A stretch of 64,000 nucleotides of DNA from Verrucomicrobiia bacterium (lineage in GTDB: Bacteria > Verrucomicrobiota > Verrucomicrobiia > Palsa-1439). Under the pieces are notes generated by a model. That model was not told the origin of the DNA, made no database searches, and saw only the letters and a list, made by a program, of their open reading frames with translations. Position 1 is the first letter of the stretch. Every line of letters starts with the position of its first letter. The stretch spans positions 14,424-78,423 of the forward strand of contig DATJWQ010000012.1 of NCBI GenBank assembly GCA_035501175.1, given 5' to 3'. This document shows positions 29,915 to 39,311 of this stretch, piece by piece. Both the position numbers and the translations under genes were made by a program.

Positions 29915-30337
29915 TCAGTAGATGTACGGTTCGGCCAGATCGAAGGCGTTTTGAATCAGCCGAATGTCCGTCGGTCGACGCGCACCCTTAGGTTGCACGA
30001 CTTCCACCACGTCGAACCGAAAATGAATGCGGGGATTTCCCAGAAGCCTCAAATAATCCAGCGCCGCCCGGCTCACGTTCCGCTGTTTGTCACGATCCAC
30101 CTTCTCGCTCGGCGTCCCAAAGTCCTCCGTCTTGCGTGTCTTGACCTCCACGAACACCAGCCAGTCCTTGTGCCGCGCAATGATATCGATCTCCGCCTTG
30201 CCGCTGTGGAAATTGCGAAGCAGAACTTTGTAGCCCTGCCGCCTCAGGAACCGCGAGGCCGCTTTCTCCCCACGGTCGCCCAGGATCTGCCGCTCGGTGC
30301 GGTGATCAACTCTTTGTTTAAACCAGCCCTCAAACAT
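29915..30337 (-). CDS. YraN-family (UPF0102) endonuclease-like protein
   Basis: GEKAASRFLRRQGYKVLLRNFHSGKAEIDIIARHKDWLVFVEVKTRK. Start taken at the internal MFEGWF. Conserved rnhB-yraN adjacency. Confidence 0.7.
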   Translation of the reverse strand: MFEGWFKQRVDHRTERQILGDRGEKAASRFLRRQGYKVLLRNFHSGKAEIDIIARHKDWLVFVEVKTRKTEDFGTPSEKVDRDKQRNVSRAALDYLRLLGNPRIHFRFDVVEVVQPKGARRPTDIRLIQNAFDLAEPYIY

Positions 30338-30338
30338 G

Positions 30339-31004
30339 TCACGAGGCCCCAGCCTGCGCCGGGCTATTGGTGCTCGCAAACAGGTCCACTTGCACCGGTT
30401 CGATGGTCTCGCGCACGGGCGCAAACGACCGTCGGTGCACGGGCGACGGACCATATCGCCCCAGCGCCGCCAGGTGTTCGGGCGTCCCGTAGCCCTTGTG
30501 TTGGGCGAAATTGTACTGCGGGAATTGCTCGTGAATCCGCACCATCATCCGGTCCCGCGTGACCTTGGCGATCACACTGGCCGCGGCAATGGAATAACTC
30601 TTCGCGTCGCCCTTCACGATCGCCGTCTGCGTCACCCCCATCAGCGGCACGCGCAACCCATCCACCAGCACGTGGTCGGGTCGCACCTTCAATCCATCCA
30701 GCGCAAGCTGCATCGCCCGCCAGGTCGCCCGCAGAATGTTGTAGCTGTCAATAATGTCGACATCCGACACCCCCACGGCCCAGTGAAACTCTTCGTTGGC
30801 TGTCAGCTCGGCGTAGATGTCCTCGCGCTGCTGTTCGGTAAGTTGCTTCGAGTCGTTGAGGGTCTTGTGTCTGAACTCCGAAGGTAAAATCGCCGCCGCC
30901 GCCACCACCGGCCCCGCCAACGGCCCCCGCCCGGCCTCGTCAATCCCCGCAATAATCTTCGCCCCCTTTGTGTACGCTTTCTTTTCGTAACGGAGCGTTG
31001 GCAT
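30339..31004 (-). CDS. rnhB: Ribonuclease HII
   Basis: IAGIDEAGRGPLAGPVVAAA N-terminal motif. Start taken at MPTLRYEKK. Confidence 0.85.
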   Translation of the reverse strand: MPTLRYEKKAYTKGAKIIAGIDEAGRGPLAGPVVAAAAILPSEFRHKTLNDSKQLTEQQREDIYAELTANEEFHWAVGVSDVDIIDSYNILRATWRAMQLALDGLKVRPDHVLVDGLRVPLMGVTQTAIVKGDAKSYSIAAASVIAKVTRDRMMVRIHEQFPQYNFAQHKGYGTPEHLAALGRYGPSPVHRRSFAPVRETIEPVQVDLFASTNSPAQAGAS

Positions 31005-31685
31005 GGCGCTGCCCCGCAGTGTGCGGATTTCCCCGCCGGGAGTCAACACCGCGCCTGCGGTGGCAGAATACTGCGGTATTGTAGCCGCGAAACTTTTTCG
31101 CGGGATAACAAGGCTTGGAATAATGCCGCGAATGAGATTCGCCGCAACAAATCACTTCATCCGCCAAGTTCCGCCGCAATGCGCTCCCATCCATGGCGCA
31201 GGACGGCGCGCGCGTCGGCACACATACCGACGCGATCAGGATGCGGTACGCGGATTACATACGCGCGGCGAAACCGACCGTGGCGGATTTTGCAGTGAAG
31301 TTGCATTGAGGGGAAGCGGGGCGGCTGGCGAGAAGAGTGCCTCGGCCCTTCTGAGCGGAACGACGGACAAGGTGGCGGGTAGGTGCGGGGGATACCTGTC
31401 AGTGACAGGCATCGAATGAGGATGCGTTTGTGAGAGGATGATGTCAGGGAGCGGGGCTGATTTGGAAGACTTGGGATTCTGCGGGTTGTGAAGAGCTGTC
31501 TTTGACTGATCCACTACCTAGTACTACCAGGCAGCAGGTGACAGACGGCGAATTTGCAGGTTGTGAGGCGTGGATCCCCTCGGGGTTTACAATTGTACCA
31601 ATGATCAGACCGGCCCCCTACAACGCATTCCCAAAGCGAGATGTCACGAATACAGGTCTGACCCTGAAAACACTGACCCTCAGAC

Positions 31686-33065
31686 CTGTCCAAAATGACT
31701 TTCAAGACGCGGTAGAAAAGGCCTCCGTTTCGGGTGATAACGGTTGATGGAAATGATCGAACCATCAACACCCAGCCACGGAGGCCGTCTCCATGCTACG
31801 CTGCGCCAGTCTGTTCAGCCAAGTCTTATCGTTGATCAACCGCCATCAGTTTGCCGCTGCCGCCAAGACGTTTCGCGCCGAGAAGGGCGCCAAGGGGTTC
31901 CGTTGTTGGGACCAGTTTGTGGCGATGTTGTTTTGTCAACTGGCCCAAGCCAAGAGCCTGCGAGAGATCGTCCAAGGTCTGCTCTGCTGCGAAGGCAAGC
32001 TGCAGCATCTGGGCGTGCGTGCGGCTCCGAAGCGCTCCACTCTCAGTTACGCCAATGCCCATCGTCCGTGGAAGCTGTTCGAGGCGGTGTTCTATCAACT
32101 GCTGGAGCAGTGTCGGCAGGCGGCCCCCACCCGCACCAAGTTTCGGTTCCAGAACAAGCTGCTGTTGCTGGACGCCACGGTCATCGAGTTGTGCGTGACG
32201 ATGTTTGACTGGGCGCGGTTCCGCCGCAGCAAAGGGGCGATCAAGCTGCATCTGCTACTCGATCATGACGGGTATCTGCCGGTGTTTGCCCACCTCAGCG
32301 AGGGCCGCCAGCACGAGATGAGGCTGGCCCGGGGCTTGTGTTTGCCGCGTGGCAGCGTGGTGGCGATGGACCGGGCGTATGTGGATTACCGCTTGTTTCA
32401 GAACTGGACAGAGCGGGGCATTTACTTTGTCACCCGGCTCAAGCGGAAAGCCAACTACTGGGCGGTGCAGAGACGGCGGGTGCGCAAGCAGGCTCTCATT
32501 CGCAAGGACGAACTCATTGAGTTGACGCCGCTGGCAGCCGGTCGGGTCTGTCAGGCCACGTTGCGTCGCATCGAAGTGTGGGTGCCCGACAAACAGGAGA
32601 CGCTCGTGCTGGTGACCAACCAGTTGCAGTGGAGCGCCGCGACCATCGCGGCCATCTACAAGGACCGCTGGCAGATCGAGCTGTTCTTCAAGGCGCTGAA
32701 GCAATACCTCAAGATCAAGAGCTTTGTCGGCACCAGCGTCAACGCCGTGCACATCCAGATTTGGACAGCCTTGATTGCCATGCTGTTGGTCAAGTACCTG
32801 CAACTGCGGGCCAAGATCGCTTGGGCGCTGAGCAATCTGGTGGCCCTGCTGCGCTGGAATCTATTCACGTACCGCGATCTGTGGCGCTGGATCGACGCGC
32901 CGTTTGATACCCCGGCGGGCTCCGAACTGGCCGTCCAAACCTGGCTCATGTTGGACAGCATCCAGCCCGCACAACCGACAACCTCCACCTGAGACGAGCC
33001 TCAGACCAATGAAACCAGGCCGAAAAACAACTGCCCTCTGTCCCAAATCAGATTATCTTGGACAG
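31686..33065 (+). mobile_element. IS4-family insertion sequence (boundaries approximate)
   Basis: Single DDE transposase ORF. Candidate imperfect terminal inverted repeats CTGTCCAAAATGA (31686) and the reverse complement of TCATCTTGGACAG (33065). Confidence 0.5.
31793..32992 (+). CDS. IS4-family DDE transposase
   Basis: N-terminal DUF4372-like region (FRAEKGAKGFRCWDQFVAMLFCQLAQAKSLREI) and a DDE_Tnp_1-like C-terminus (LLLDATVIEL...VAMDRAYVDY...KDRWQIELFFKALKQ). Confidence 0.8.
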   Translation: MLRCASLFSQVLSLINRHQFAAAAKTFRAEKGAKGFRCWDQFVAMLFCQLAQAKSLREIVQGLLCCEGKLQHLGVRAAPKRSTLSYANAHRPWKLFEAVFYQLLEQCRQAAPTRTKFRFQNKLLLLDATVIELCVTMFDWARFRRSKGAIKLHLLLDHDGYLPVFAHLSEGRQHEMRLARGLCLPRGSVVAMDRAYVDYRLFQNWTERGIYFVTRLKRKANYWAVQRRRVRKQALIRKDELIELTPLAAGRVCQATLRRIEVWVPDKQETLVLVTNQLQWSAATIAAIYKDRWQIELFFKALKQYLKIKSFVGTSVNAVHIQIWTALIAMLLVKYLQLRAKIAWALSNLVALLRWNLFTYRDLWRWIDAPFDTPAGSELAVQTWLMLDSIQPAQPTTST

Positions 33066-33167
33066 CAGTGCCGTCCACCAGCATCAGGGTCACATCTAAA
33101 CAAAGGTACATTCGCCATTGCGACACTCACGCCCAAGTCCCCTCCGCTTACCGGATCGCCCCCCGCT

Positions 33168-33221
33168 GCCCCGTATCCGTCCCATCCGTCCCATTCGTCC
33201 TATCGGTCCCATTCCGCTCCC
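33168..33221. repeat. Imperfect 9-bp tandem repeat (CCGTCCCAT)x~6
   Basis: ccccgtat ccgtcccat ccgtcccat tcgtcctat cggtcccat tccgctccc, visible directly in the sequence. Confidence 0.7.
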
Positions 33222-33338
33222 GCCCCCTCCGCTCAACCGATCGCCTGCCGCGCCATCGCCCGCCGTATTCGTGCCATGCGTGCTCATTCATGGCTCCGCC
33301 CGCCGCTGTGCTGCCTTGAGCGGGCGACGCTATGACTC

Positions 33339-34619
33339 TTGACATCTCCCGGATCCGATCTTGAAGTCGCAAAAAGGCTTGATAGCGGCGTCCGGGCGGA
33401 TAAAATATACTCAGGTGCAGCCGAATGGCCCCGGAGGTCGCGGGCCGCAGGTCATATGGAAAGGGTCGGTCCAATTTCTGCCATGCCCGCCAACCAATCC
33501 GTCGAGACACAGACACCACCAGCAAGCTCCGGCAACGGCCCGGCATCCAGGGACAAACAGCACGTCGAATCACGGTTGATCGAACTCTGGGAAGCGGCAT
33601 TCGGGCGGCATCCAATCCGTGCCGACCAGGATTTCTTTGAGTTGGGTGGAGATTCACTCCTCGCGGCGCGGTTGTTCGCGCAAATCGAGAAGGCCTTCAA
33701 AACGAAGGTGCCGCTGACTGCGCTCGAGAAATCGCCCACGATTGCGCAACTGGCGGAGATTCTGTCCGCTCCCACGGCCCCGTCGTCGACTTCCTGCCTC
33801 GTCGCGGTCCAGCCCAACGGAACGCTTCCTCCTCTTTTCTGTGTTCACGGCCACAGCGGCGAAATCTTTTTCTGTTGGACCTTGTCCCGCTGCATGGGAA
33901 CGGACCAACCCTTGTTCGGGTTGCGCTCCCAGGGTCTCAGCGGGAAAACCGCGCACCACACGGTCGAGGAAATGGCGGCCCATTACCTCCAGGAGATTCG
34001 CGCCGTTCAGCCGCACGGTCCGTATTATTTGGGCGGCTTTTGCTTCGGCGGCATGGTCACCTACGAGATGGCCCGGTCGTTGACCGCGCAGGGCGAGAAC
34101 GTGGCCGTGCTCGCCATGTTCAACACCCCCGCTCCGGGTTCCCTCGAAGGTTGGCCCCTGCGGCAGGGATATCTCGCGAAGAGAATCATGCACGAACTGC
34201 GAAAACTCGCCGCACTCGGAATCCGCGATAAACTGAAGGTTTTCTACACCAAGACGAAAGGACTCGGTCGGCTTCTTCTGGGAAGTGTCCGGGCAATAAT
34301 CTGCAGGATCTCCGCCAAATCCCGTCTCGGCAGCGCCCAAAAATGGACACAGCGCATGTTGAGCGTTCCGGATCTCAATGTCGCAGCGGCCAAGGCGTAC
34401 TCGCCCGGGCCGTATGCCGGACGAAGCATCCTCTTTATCACGGAAGAAGCCCCGTCTCTGTACACCGTCGACCCGAGATCCGGCTGGACTCCGCTGATCC
34501 AGGGCGGAATCGAGGTGCACGACGTCGAAGGCGATAACCTTACCATGTATGACACACCCTACGTTGAGGGTTTGGCCAGGAAAGTGAAGGCCTGTCTCGA
34601 TCGCGCCCGTAGCGCCTAG
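33339..34619 (+). CDS. Standalone peptidyl-carrier-protein (PCP) plus type I thioesterase didomain with a Cys nucleophile
   Basis: PCP FFELGGDSLLAARLFAQIEK (phosphopantetheine-attachment Ser). Alpha/beta-hydrolase TE with LGGFCFGGMVTYEMA, where Cys replaces Ser in the GxSxG motif. Confidence 0.7.
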   Translation: MTSPGSDLEVAKRLDSGVRADKIYSGAAEWPRRSRAAGHMERVGPISAMPANQSVETQTPPASSGNGPASRDKQHVESRLIELWEAAFGRHPIRADQDFFELGGDSLLAARLFAQIEKAFKTKVPLTALEKSPTIAQLAEILSAPTAPSSTSCLVAVQPNGTLPPLFCVHGHSGEIFFCWTLSRCMGTDQPLFGLRSQGLSGKTAHHTVEEMAAHYLQEIRAVQPHGPYYLGGFCFGGMVTYEMARSLTAQGENVAVLAMFNTPAPGSLEGWPLRQGYLAKRIMHELRKLAALGIRDKLKVFYTKTKGLGRLLLGSVRAIICRISAKSRLGSAQKWTQRMLSVPDLNVAAAKAYSPGPYAGRSILFITEEAPSLYTVDPRSGWTPLIQGGIEVHDVEGDNLTMYDTPYVEGLARKVKACLDRARSA

Positions 34620-34641
34620 CCAACGGGAAGAGCCAATCACG

Positions 34642-35559
34642 ATGACACCCCGATTCAGCGTGGTGGTTCCCACGTTCAACCGCGAGAAGCTCGTCGGTTC
34701 CACCATTGATTCCGTGCTCGCCCAGACGTTGACGGATTACGAGTTGATCGTGGTCGACGACGGTTCGACCGACGCCACACCCGAGGTGCTGCGGTCCTAC
34801 GGAACAAGGATCAAGACCGTTCGTCAGGCAAACCAGGGACCAGAAGTCGCCCGCGACCGGGGCATCGCGTTGGCCGCGGGTGAATACGTCGCGCTGCTGG
34901 ATAGCGACGATCTTCTCTGGCCCCGCGCGCTGGAGACATACGAGCGGATCATCCAAGCCTGTGGTTCACCCGCATTGATTCTGGGGGCCACGATACATTT
35001 TCAAGAGCACCCGGTGATCCCCAACGACGACGGCACGAGCGCCATCGAGGTCTTCCTGTATCGCGACTACCTGGCAAAGGACGTGGAGGTTGGCCTGAAT
35101 GGAAGCAATATGGTGATGAAGAAATCGGTCGTGGAGCGGGCCGGCGGTCTGCGCCAGAGCACGCCCACCACATTCCACATGGACCTGCTGGATACCATTC
35201 TGCGCCTCGGCGTTTATGGTCCATGCGTGGTGGTGAGGCAGCCGACAACCGTCTCCTATCGGGTTCACCAGACGAACTCCGTCCGGGATGTCGAGAGAAT
35301 GACGGACGGCATCTATCCGATCGTTCGGGCCGAGTGGCGTGGACAGTATCCGGGCGGAACGTCACGGCGGTTTGCCCGGTTCGCCTGCATCGGGGGCATC
35401 GCCTGGTACTGGCTCAAGCGCGCGCGGGTCGCTCGCCGACCCCGCATCGTGTGCAAATACCTGGTGTACTGCGCGCCGATGCTCCTCGCCGGTGCGCTGA
35501 AGAAAATGTGGGGACGCGCCCGTGGGACCAGCCGTCCCGTCCGCGTGCCTCGTGGGTAG
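34642..35559 (+). CDS. Family 2 glycosyltransferase
   Basis: FSVVVPTFNREKLVGSTIDSVLAQTLTDYELIVVDDGSTD and a DSDD motif. Starts 22 nt after the PCP-TE gene. Confidence 0.8.
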   Translation: MTPRFSVVVPTFNREKLVGSTIDSVLAQTLTDYELIVVDDGSTDATPEVLRSYGTRIKTVRQANQGPEVARDRGIALAAGEYVALLDSDDLLWPRALETYERIIQACGSPALILGATIHFQEHPVIPNDDGTSAIEVFLYRDYLAKDVEVGLNGSNMVMKKSVVERAGGLRQSTPTTFHMDLLDTILRLGVYGPCVVVRQPTTVSYRVHQTNSVRDVERMTDGIYPIVRAEWRGQYPGGTSRRFARFACIGGIAWYWLKRARVARRPRIVCKYLVYCAPMLLAGALKKMWGRARGTSRPVRVPRG

Positions 35560-35831
35560 GGAACGGAACAGAGGGAAACAGGGATCAGGGAACCCCTGAG
35601 CAACTCATCGGGAAAGCCGACTCCCGGCGACCTTGTCGAAGTCCGATCCTGATTCCGGGGTCTCATCTGATTCATGTCATATTTGCCATCCGGATCCTCT
35701 CGCGCCCCGTTCCCCGCCCGCCTCGCATTTTGTCCTATGCGAGAATCATCTCTCGCCCGTATTGCACAGTGCCTGTTGCGTGGTAGGGTTCACTGTTCAA
35801 GGATCGCAGTCCGTTAACTCAAACCGAAGGA

Positions 35832-36140
35832 GTGTGTATCATGTTCGTTGCCGTTCATCACAACATCACCGATCCCGGAAAATGGGAGGAAGCCACCAGC
35901 AGGATCGGCCCGATGGTCATGCAAAACCGTCTGCCGAAAGGCCTCAAAGGAATCTCCTATCTGCCCAGCACCGACGGCCGCCAGGCCAACTGTCTGTGGG
36001 AAGCGGATTCCGTGGAGAACCTGAAACGCTTTCTCGACCCGATGACGTCGCCCGCCGCCAGGAACGAGTACTTCCAGGTCAACACCGAGCACGCGTTCGG
36101 CCTGCCCGAACACGCCCAGGAGGCTGCCGGAATTCATTGA
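35832..36140 (+). CDS. Small hypothetical protein
   Basis: 102-aa ORF with coding-like codon usage and no recognisable motif. Confidence 0.35.
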   Translation: MCIMFVAVHHNITDPGKWEEATSRIGPMVMQNRLPKGLKGISYLPSTDGRQANCLWEADSVENLKRFLDPMTSPAARNEYFQVNTEHAFGLPEHAQEAAGIH

Positions 36141-36270
36141 GCCGGCACAAGGCGAGACATCAGCCTTCCGAAGGCTGGGCATCGGAGGGGCCACTGCGGC
36201 CTCTCCGTTGTTTTTGAATCAGTCCCGATTATTCGCCCAAGCACACGCAACACATGCCGCGGGAACCGCG

Positions 36271-37509
36271 TCACGGACTCAGGACAACTTCGTTGCCATC
36301 TTTGTCTTTGAGCGCGCAGGGCAACGTGCGATACCAACCGACATGCCCATCAATAAAACCAATGTTGCCGCCGATGCATCTGTGGTTCCCAGCGGGTTCC
36401 CACTCGCTGCCTGCCGCCGTTGAGTCGATCCGATCCAGAACGATAGGGGAGTCGGGCTTATCCTGCCATTGCAGATTGGGCACATACGAATAGCTGATGT
36501 TCAATCGGGTCAATTTACGGAAATCTTCTTCCGGCCGCGCATCCGGACGGGAATCGTCGGGACAGAAGAGTATCTTCGCGCTCGGCACAACATTGCTCAG
36601 CAGTTGCATGCTCCCCACGAGCGTCGGTTTCGCCGAGTCCATCGGACACCGCCCCCCGTTGTTGTCCGCATACATCGCAATCGCGATCAGTATCTGCTTT
36701 TCATTGCTCATGCACATCGCCCGCCGCGCCTTTTCTCGCGCCTGGTTCAACGCGGGTAACAGCATGGCCGCAAGGATCCCGATGATGGCGATGAAAATCA
36801 GCCCGCAACCGCCAATCGCCAGCGCCACTACCACTCCCGACATGGCGGGCGCAGCCTCCGCCGCGCTGGGTAGGGTCCCCCGAGGCTGCGTGGTCGCGCT
36901 GGTCACCACGAGACGGTTGACGCTCGATTGCATCATCCCGAGGAAAACCGGAAACATGATGGTATACCCGAGCAGTAGGTTGATGTACGGAATCACCTGG
37001 AAGATGCACGCCGTGGTGGCCAACCCTTTCAGATTGCTCGGGGGTAGACCATAGAGACTTCGCTGTTCGTCGACGCGCACGCACAACCGCCGAAAGGTAA
37101 AGAATATCCAGTAGAGATTGAAGAACGGTATGAAACAGAAGCCGACCGCCCGGCCCGCCGTCGGGTCATCCTGCCGGACCCGTGGAAGCTTGCCGTGCAT
37201 CAGGTTCAGCCAGACAATACCGAAGATACCGCACGTGAGATAGTGCAGAATGATCACCACTGCCACGGGAAATTTCGTCAGCTGATGCGGCCCAGCCGGT
37301 GCAGGTATGGTCGGCGGACCGGATGCCGGCGAAACGGCGGCGAACGCCGCCGCAAGCTCGGGAAATTCCCGCAGCGGTTTCCATCCGGTTGTTCCTTCCG
37401 CTTGCGTCCGCGTGTCGAGGTTCACGCTGCCGCTGGACATCCACTGGCGGATTTGATCCACAGTGGCCGGCCCGTATTCCTTGCCGTCTGCACCAATGAT
37501 CTTGTACAT
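36271..37509 (-). CDS. Membrane protein: N-terminal DUF4339 (GYF-like) domain, polytopic TM core, internal pseudopilin-like helix, and H-X9-DG domain
   Basis: [27 protein letters not shown] (DUF4339), several TM helices, then [24 protein letters not shown] and [14 protein letters not shown] (H-X9-DG family). Confidence 0.6.
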   Translation of the reverse strand: MYKIIGADGKEYGPATVDQIRQWMSSGSVNLDTRTQAEGTTGWKPLREFPELAAAFAAVSPASGPPTIPAPAGPHQLTKFPVAVVIILHYLTCGIFGIVWLNLMHGKLPRVRQDDPTAGRAVGFCFIPFFNLYWIFFTFRRLCVRVDEQRSLYGLPPSNLKGLATTACIFQVIPYINLLLGYTIMFPVFLGMMQSSVNRLVVTSATTQPRGTLPSAAEAAPAMSGVVVALAIGGCGLIFIAIIGILAAMLLPALNQAREKARRAMCMSNEKQILIAIAMYADNNGGRCPMDSAKPTLVGSMQLLSNVVPSAKILFCPDDSRPDARPEEDFRKLTRLNISYSYVPNLQWQDKPDSPIVLDRIDSTAAGSEWEPAGNHRCIGGNIGFIDGHVGWYRTLPCALKDKDGNEVVLSP

Positions 37510-37647
37510 GGCTGGAACCGATCCTTTCTACGTTCGTAAGCCAGGCCGTAGACAACAGGCCTCTAACGGGATGACGGGCAGTTCTATACGCCCACATTTC
37601 GTTGGAACGCAAACCAAATCCCTGAAGGTGAACCCCTCACGGGGCGA

Positions 37648-39234
37648 TCACGCCGCCAGCGGATCCACAGAATGCTTCAATTGGCGCGACGGCGGCGTCA
37701 TCCCAGCGTTCGCCAGCAGGGCGTTGATCTCCTTCCGCATCTGCTTGCGATACCAAAGAAAATGTTCGATGTGCGCCGCCGTGCAGATGTATTGACTCAC
37801 CAGCCGCGGGTTGCGCCGGCCAAGACTGATCAGGTGATGCCACCATTTCCACCGCGTCCGACGAATCACTCCCTGCCGCCAGCACATCGTCAGCAGGGCG
37901 CGGATATCCGTCCACCCGTGTTCGATCGGTATCCGCTCGGATGGCTGCCACCGCGGCGGCCCCATCATCAGGAAGTGCCGGTACGTCCGGTCGAGAAACT
38001 TTCGCGGATCGTACAGCTGCCACGTCGTGTCCGCGTACTCGCGCGCAATCTCCTCAATCGGCCGCGTCGGCACGAAGTTCATCAGCGTCTCCTGATTGAG
38101 CCGCGAATCTTCACCCCGCAGCCGTCCTGCCTGCTCGAGCCGATGCCACAGCGGCGTGTGCGGCAGCGCCTGCAGCATTCCAAACAGGATCGTCGGGATG
38201 GAATTGCGCTCCACAAATTCCCGGATCCGTTCGCCCGCGCCCGCCTGCTCGCCATCGAACCCGATGATGAATCCGCCCATCACCCGCATCCCGGCCTGGG
38301 TAATCTTCTGCACCGCCGTATCAAGCGACAGGCGCGTGTTCTGCATTTTGTGCGCCGCGTTGAGGCTCGCCTGGTCGGGCGTCTCGACTCCAAGAAAAAC
38401 GCCGTGGAAATTGCAGTCCGCCATCAGCTCCAGCAGTTCCTCGTCGCTGGCGAGATCCACGGACGCTTCGGTCTCGAGAAAAAACGGATACCGTTGCCGC
38501 TTCATCCACGGCTTCAATTCCTTCAACAGCTCGCGCGTCTTCGCCCGATTGCCGACGAAATTGTCATCGACGATGAAGACGTGCCGATTCCAGCCCAACT
38601 CGACCAGCCGGTCCAGCTCGCGCAGCACTTGCGCCGGCGTTTTCGGGCGCGCCCGCCGGCCGTAAATGGCCGTCACGTCGCAGAATTCGCATTGGAACGG
38701 ACAGCCGCGGGAGAATTGCACCGACAGCGAGTCGTACAAGCTCAAATCCACCAGGTCGAACCGTGGGATCGGCGATTGCGTCAGGTCCGCAAATTGCCCA
38801 CCGGCATGGAACCGGCCCGTGGCGTCACCCCGTTGCAGCGCCGCGACGAACGACGGTATGGTGAGTTCGCCTTCATCCAATACCAGGTAGTCCGGCCCAA
38901 CCGCCGCCACTTCGTCCGGCAACGTCGTCGGATATGGCCCGCCCACCGCGACGCGTTTGCCGCGCCGTTTGGCCTCGCGAATCAGCGCCAGACAATCGGT
39001 CTTCTGCACCGACATCGCGCTGATCAGGACAATATCCGCCCAGTCCCAGTCCGCCTCGTTCGTCGGCTCCGCATTCCGATCGCTCAGGCGAAACTCCCAA
39101 TCCTGGGGCAGCAGCGCGGCCACGGTCAGGAGACTCAACGGCGGCAGCGGCGACTTGCGTTTGATCAACGCCAGCGCCCGTTCGTAGGTCCACATGTTCC
39201 GCGGAAATCGCGGGGACATCAGCAAGGCTCGCAC
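37648..39234 (-). CDS. B12-binding radical SAM protein (class B, DUF4070-type C-terminus)
   Basis: N-terminal cobalamin-binding Rossmann region (LLTVAALLPQDW...VLISAMSVQ), rSAM CxxxCxxC variant FSRGCPFQCEFC, and a long C-terminal extension. Confidence 0.75.
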   Translation of the reverse strand: MRALLMSPRFPRNMWTYERALALIKRKSPLPPLSLLTVAALLPQDWEFRLSDRNAEPTNEADWDWADIVLISAMSVQKTDCLALIREAKRRGKRVAVGGPYPTTLPDEVAAVGPDYLVLDEGELTIPSFVAALQRGDATGRFHAGGQFADLTQSPIPRFDLVDLSLYDSLSVQFSRGCPFQCEFCDVTAIYGRRARPKTPAQVLRELDRLVELGWNRHVFIVDDNFVGNRAKTRELLKELKPWMKRQRYPFFLETEASVDLASDEELLELMADCNFHGVFLGVETPDQASLNAAHKMQNTRLSLDTAVQKITQAGMRVMGGFIIGFDGEQAGAGERIREFVERNSIPTILFGMLQALPHTPLWHRLEQAGRLRGEDSRLNQETLMNFVPTRPIEEIAREYADTTWQLYDPRKFLDRTYRHFLMMGPPRWQPSERIPIEHGWTDIRALLTMCWRQGVIRRTRWKWWHHLISLGRRNPRLVSQYICTAAHIEHFLWYRKQMRKEINALLANAGMTPPSRQLKHSVDPLAA

Positions 39235-39311
39235 GATCGCATTCTCCCGGCGGGAAGAGTAGGGTTCAGATTCCAGCCCGTCAACCGGGATTATCGTTTG
39301 CTTTCTGGAGC

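Noticed and set aside
33118-33342. 74-aa ORF with IRPIRPIRPIGPIP repeats
   Set aside because: This is a translation of the 9-bp DNA microsatellite, not a protein-coding gene.
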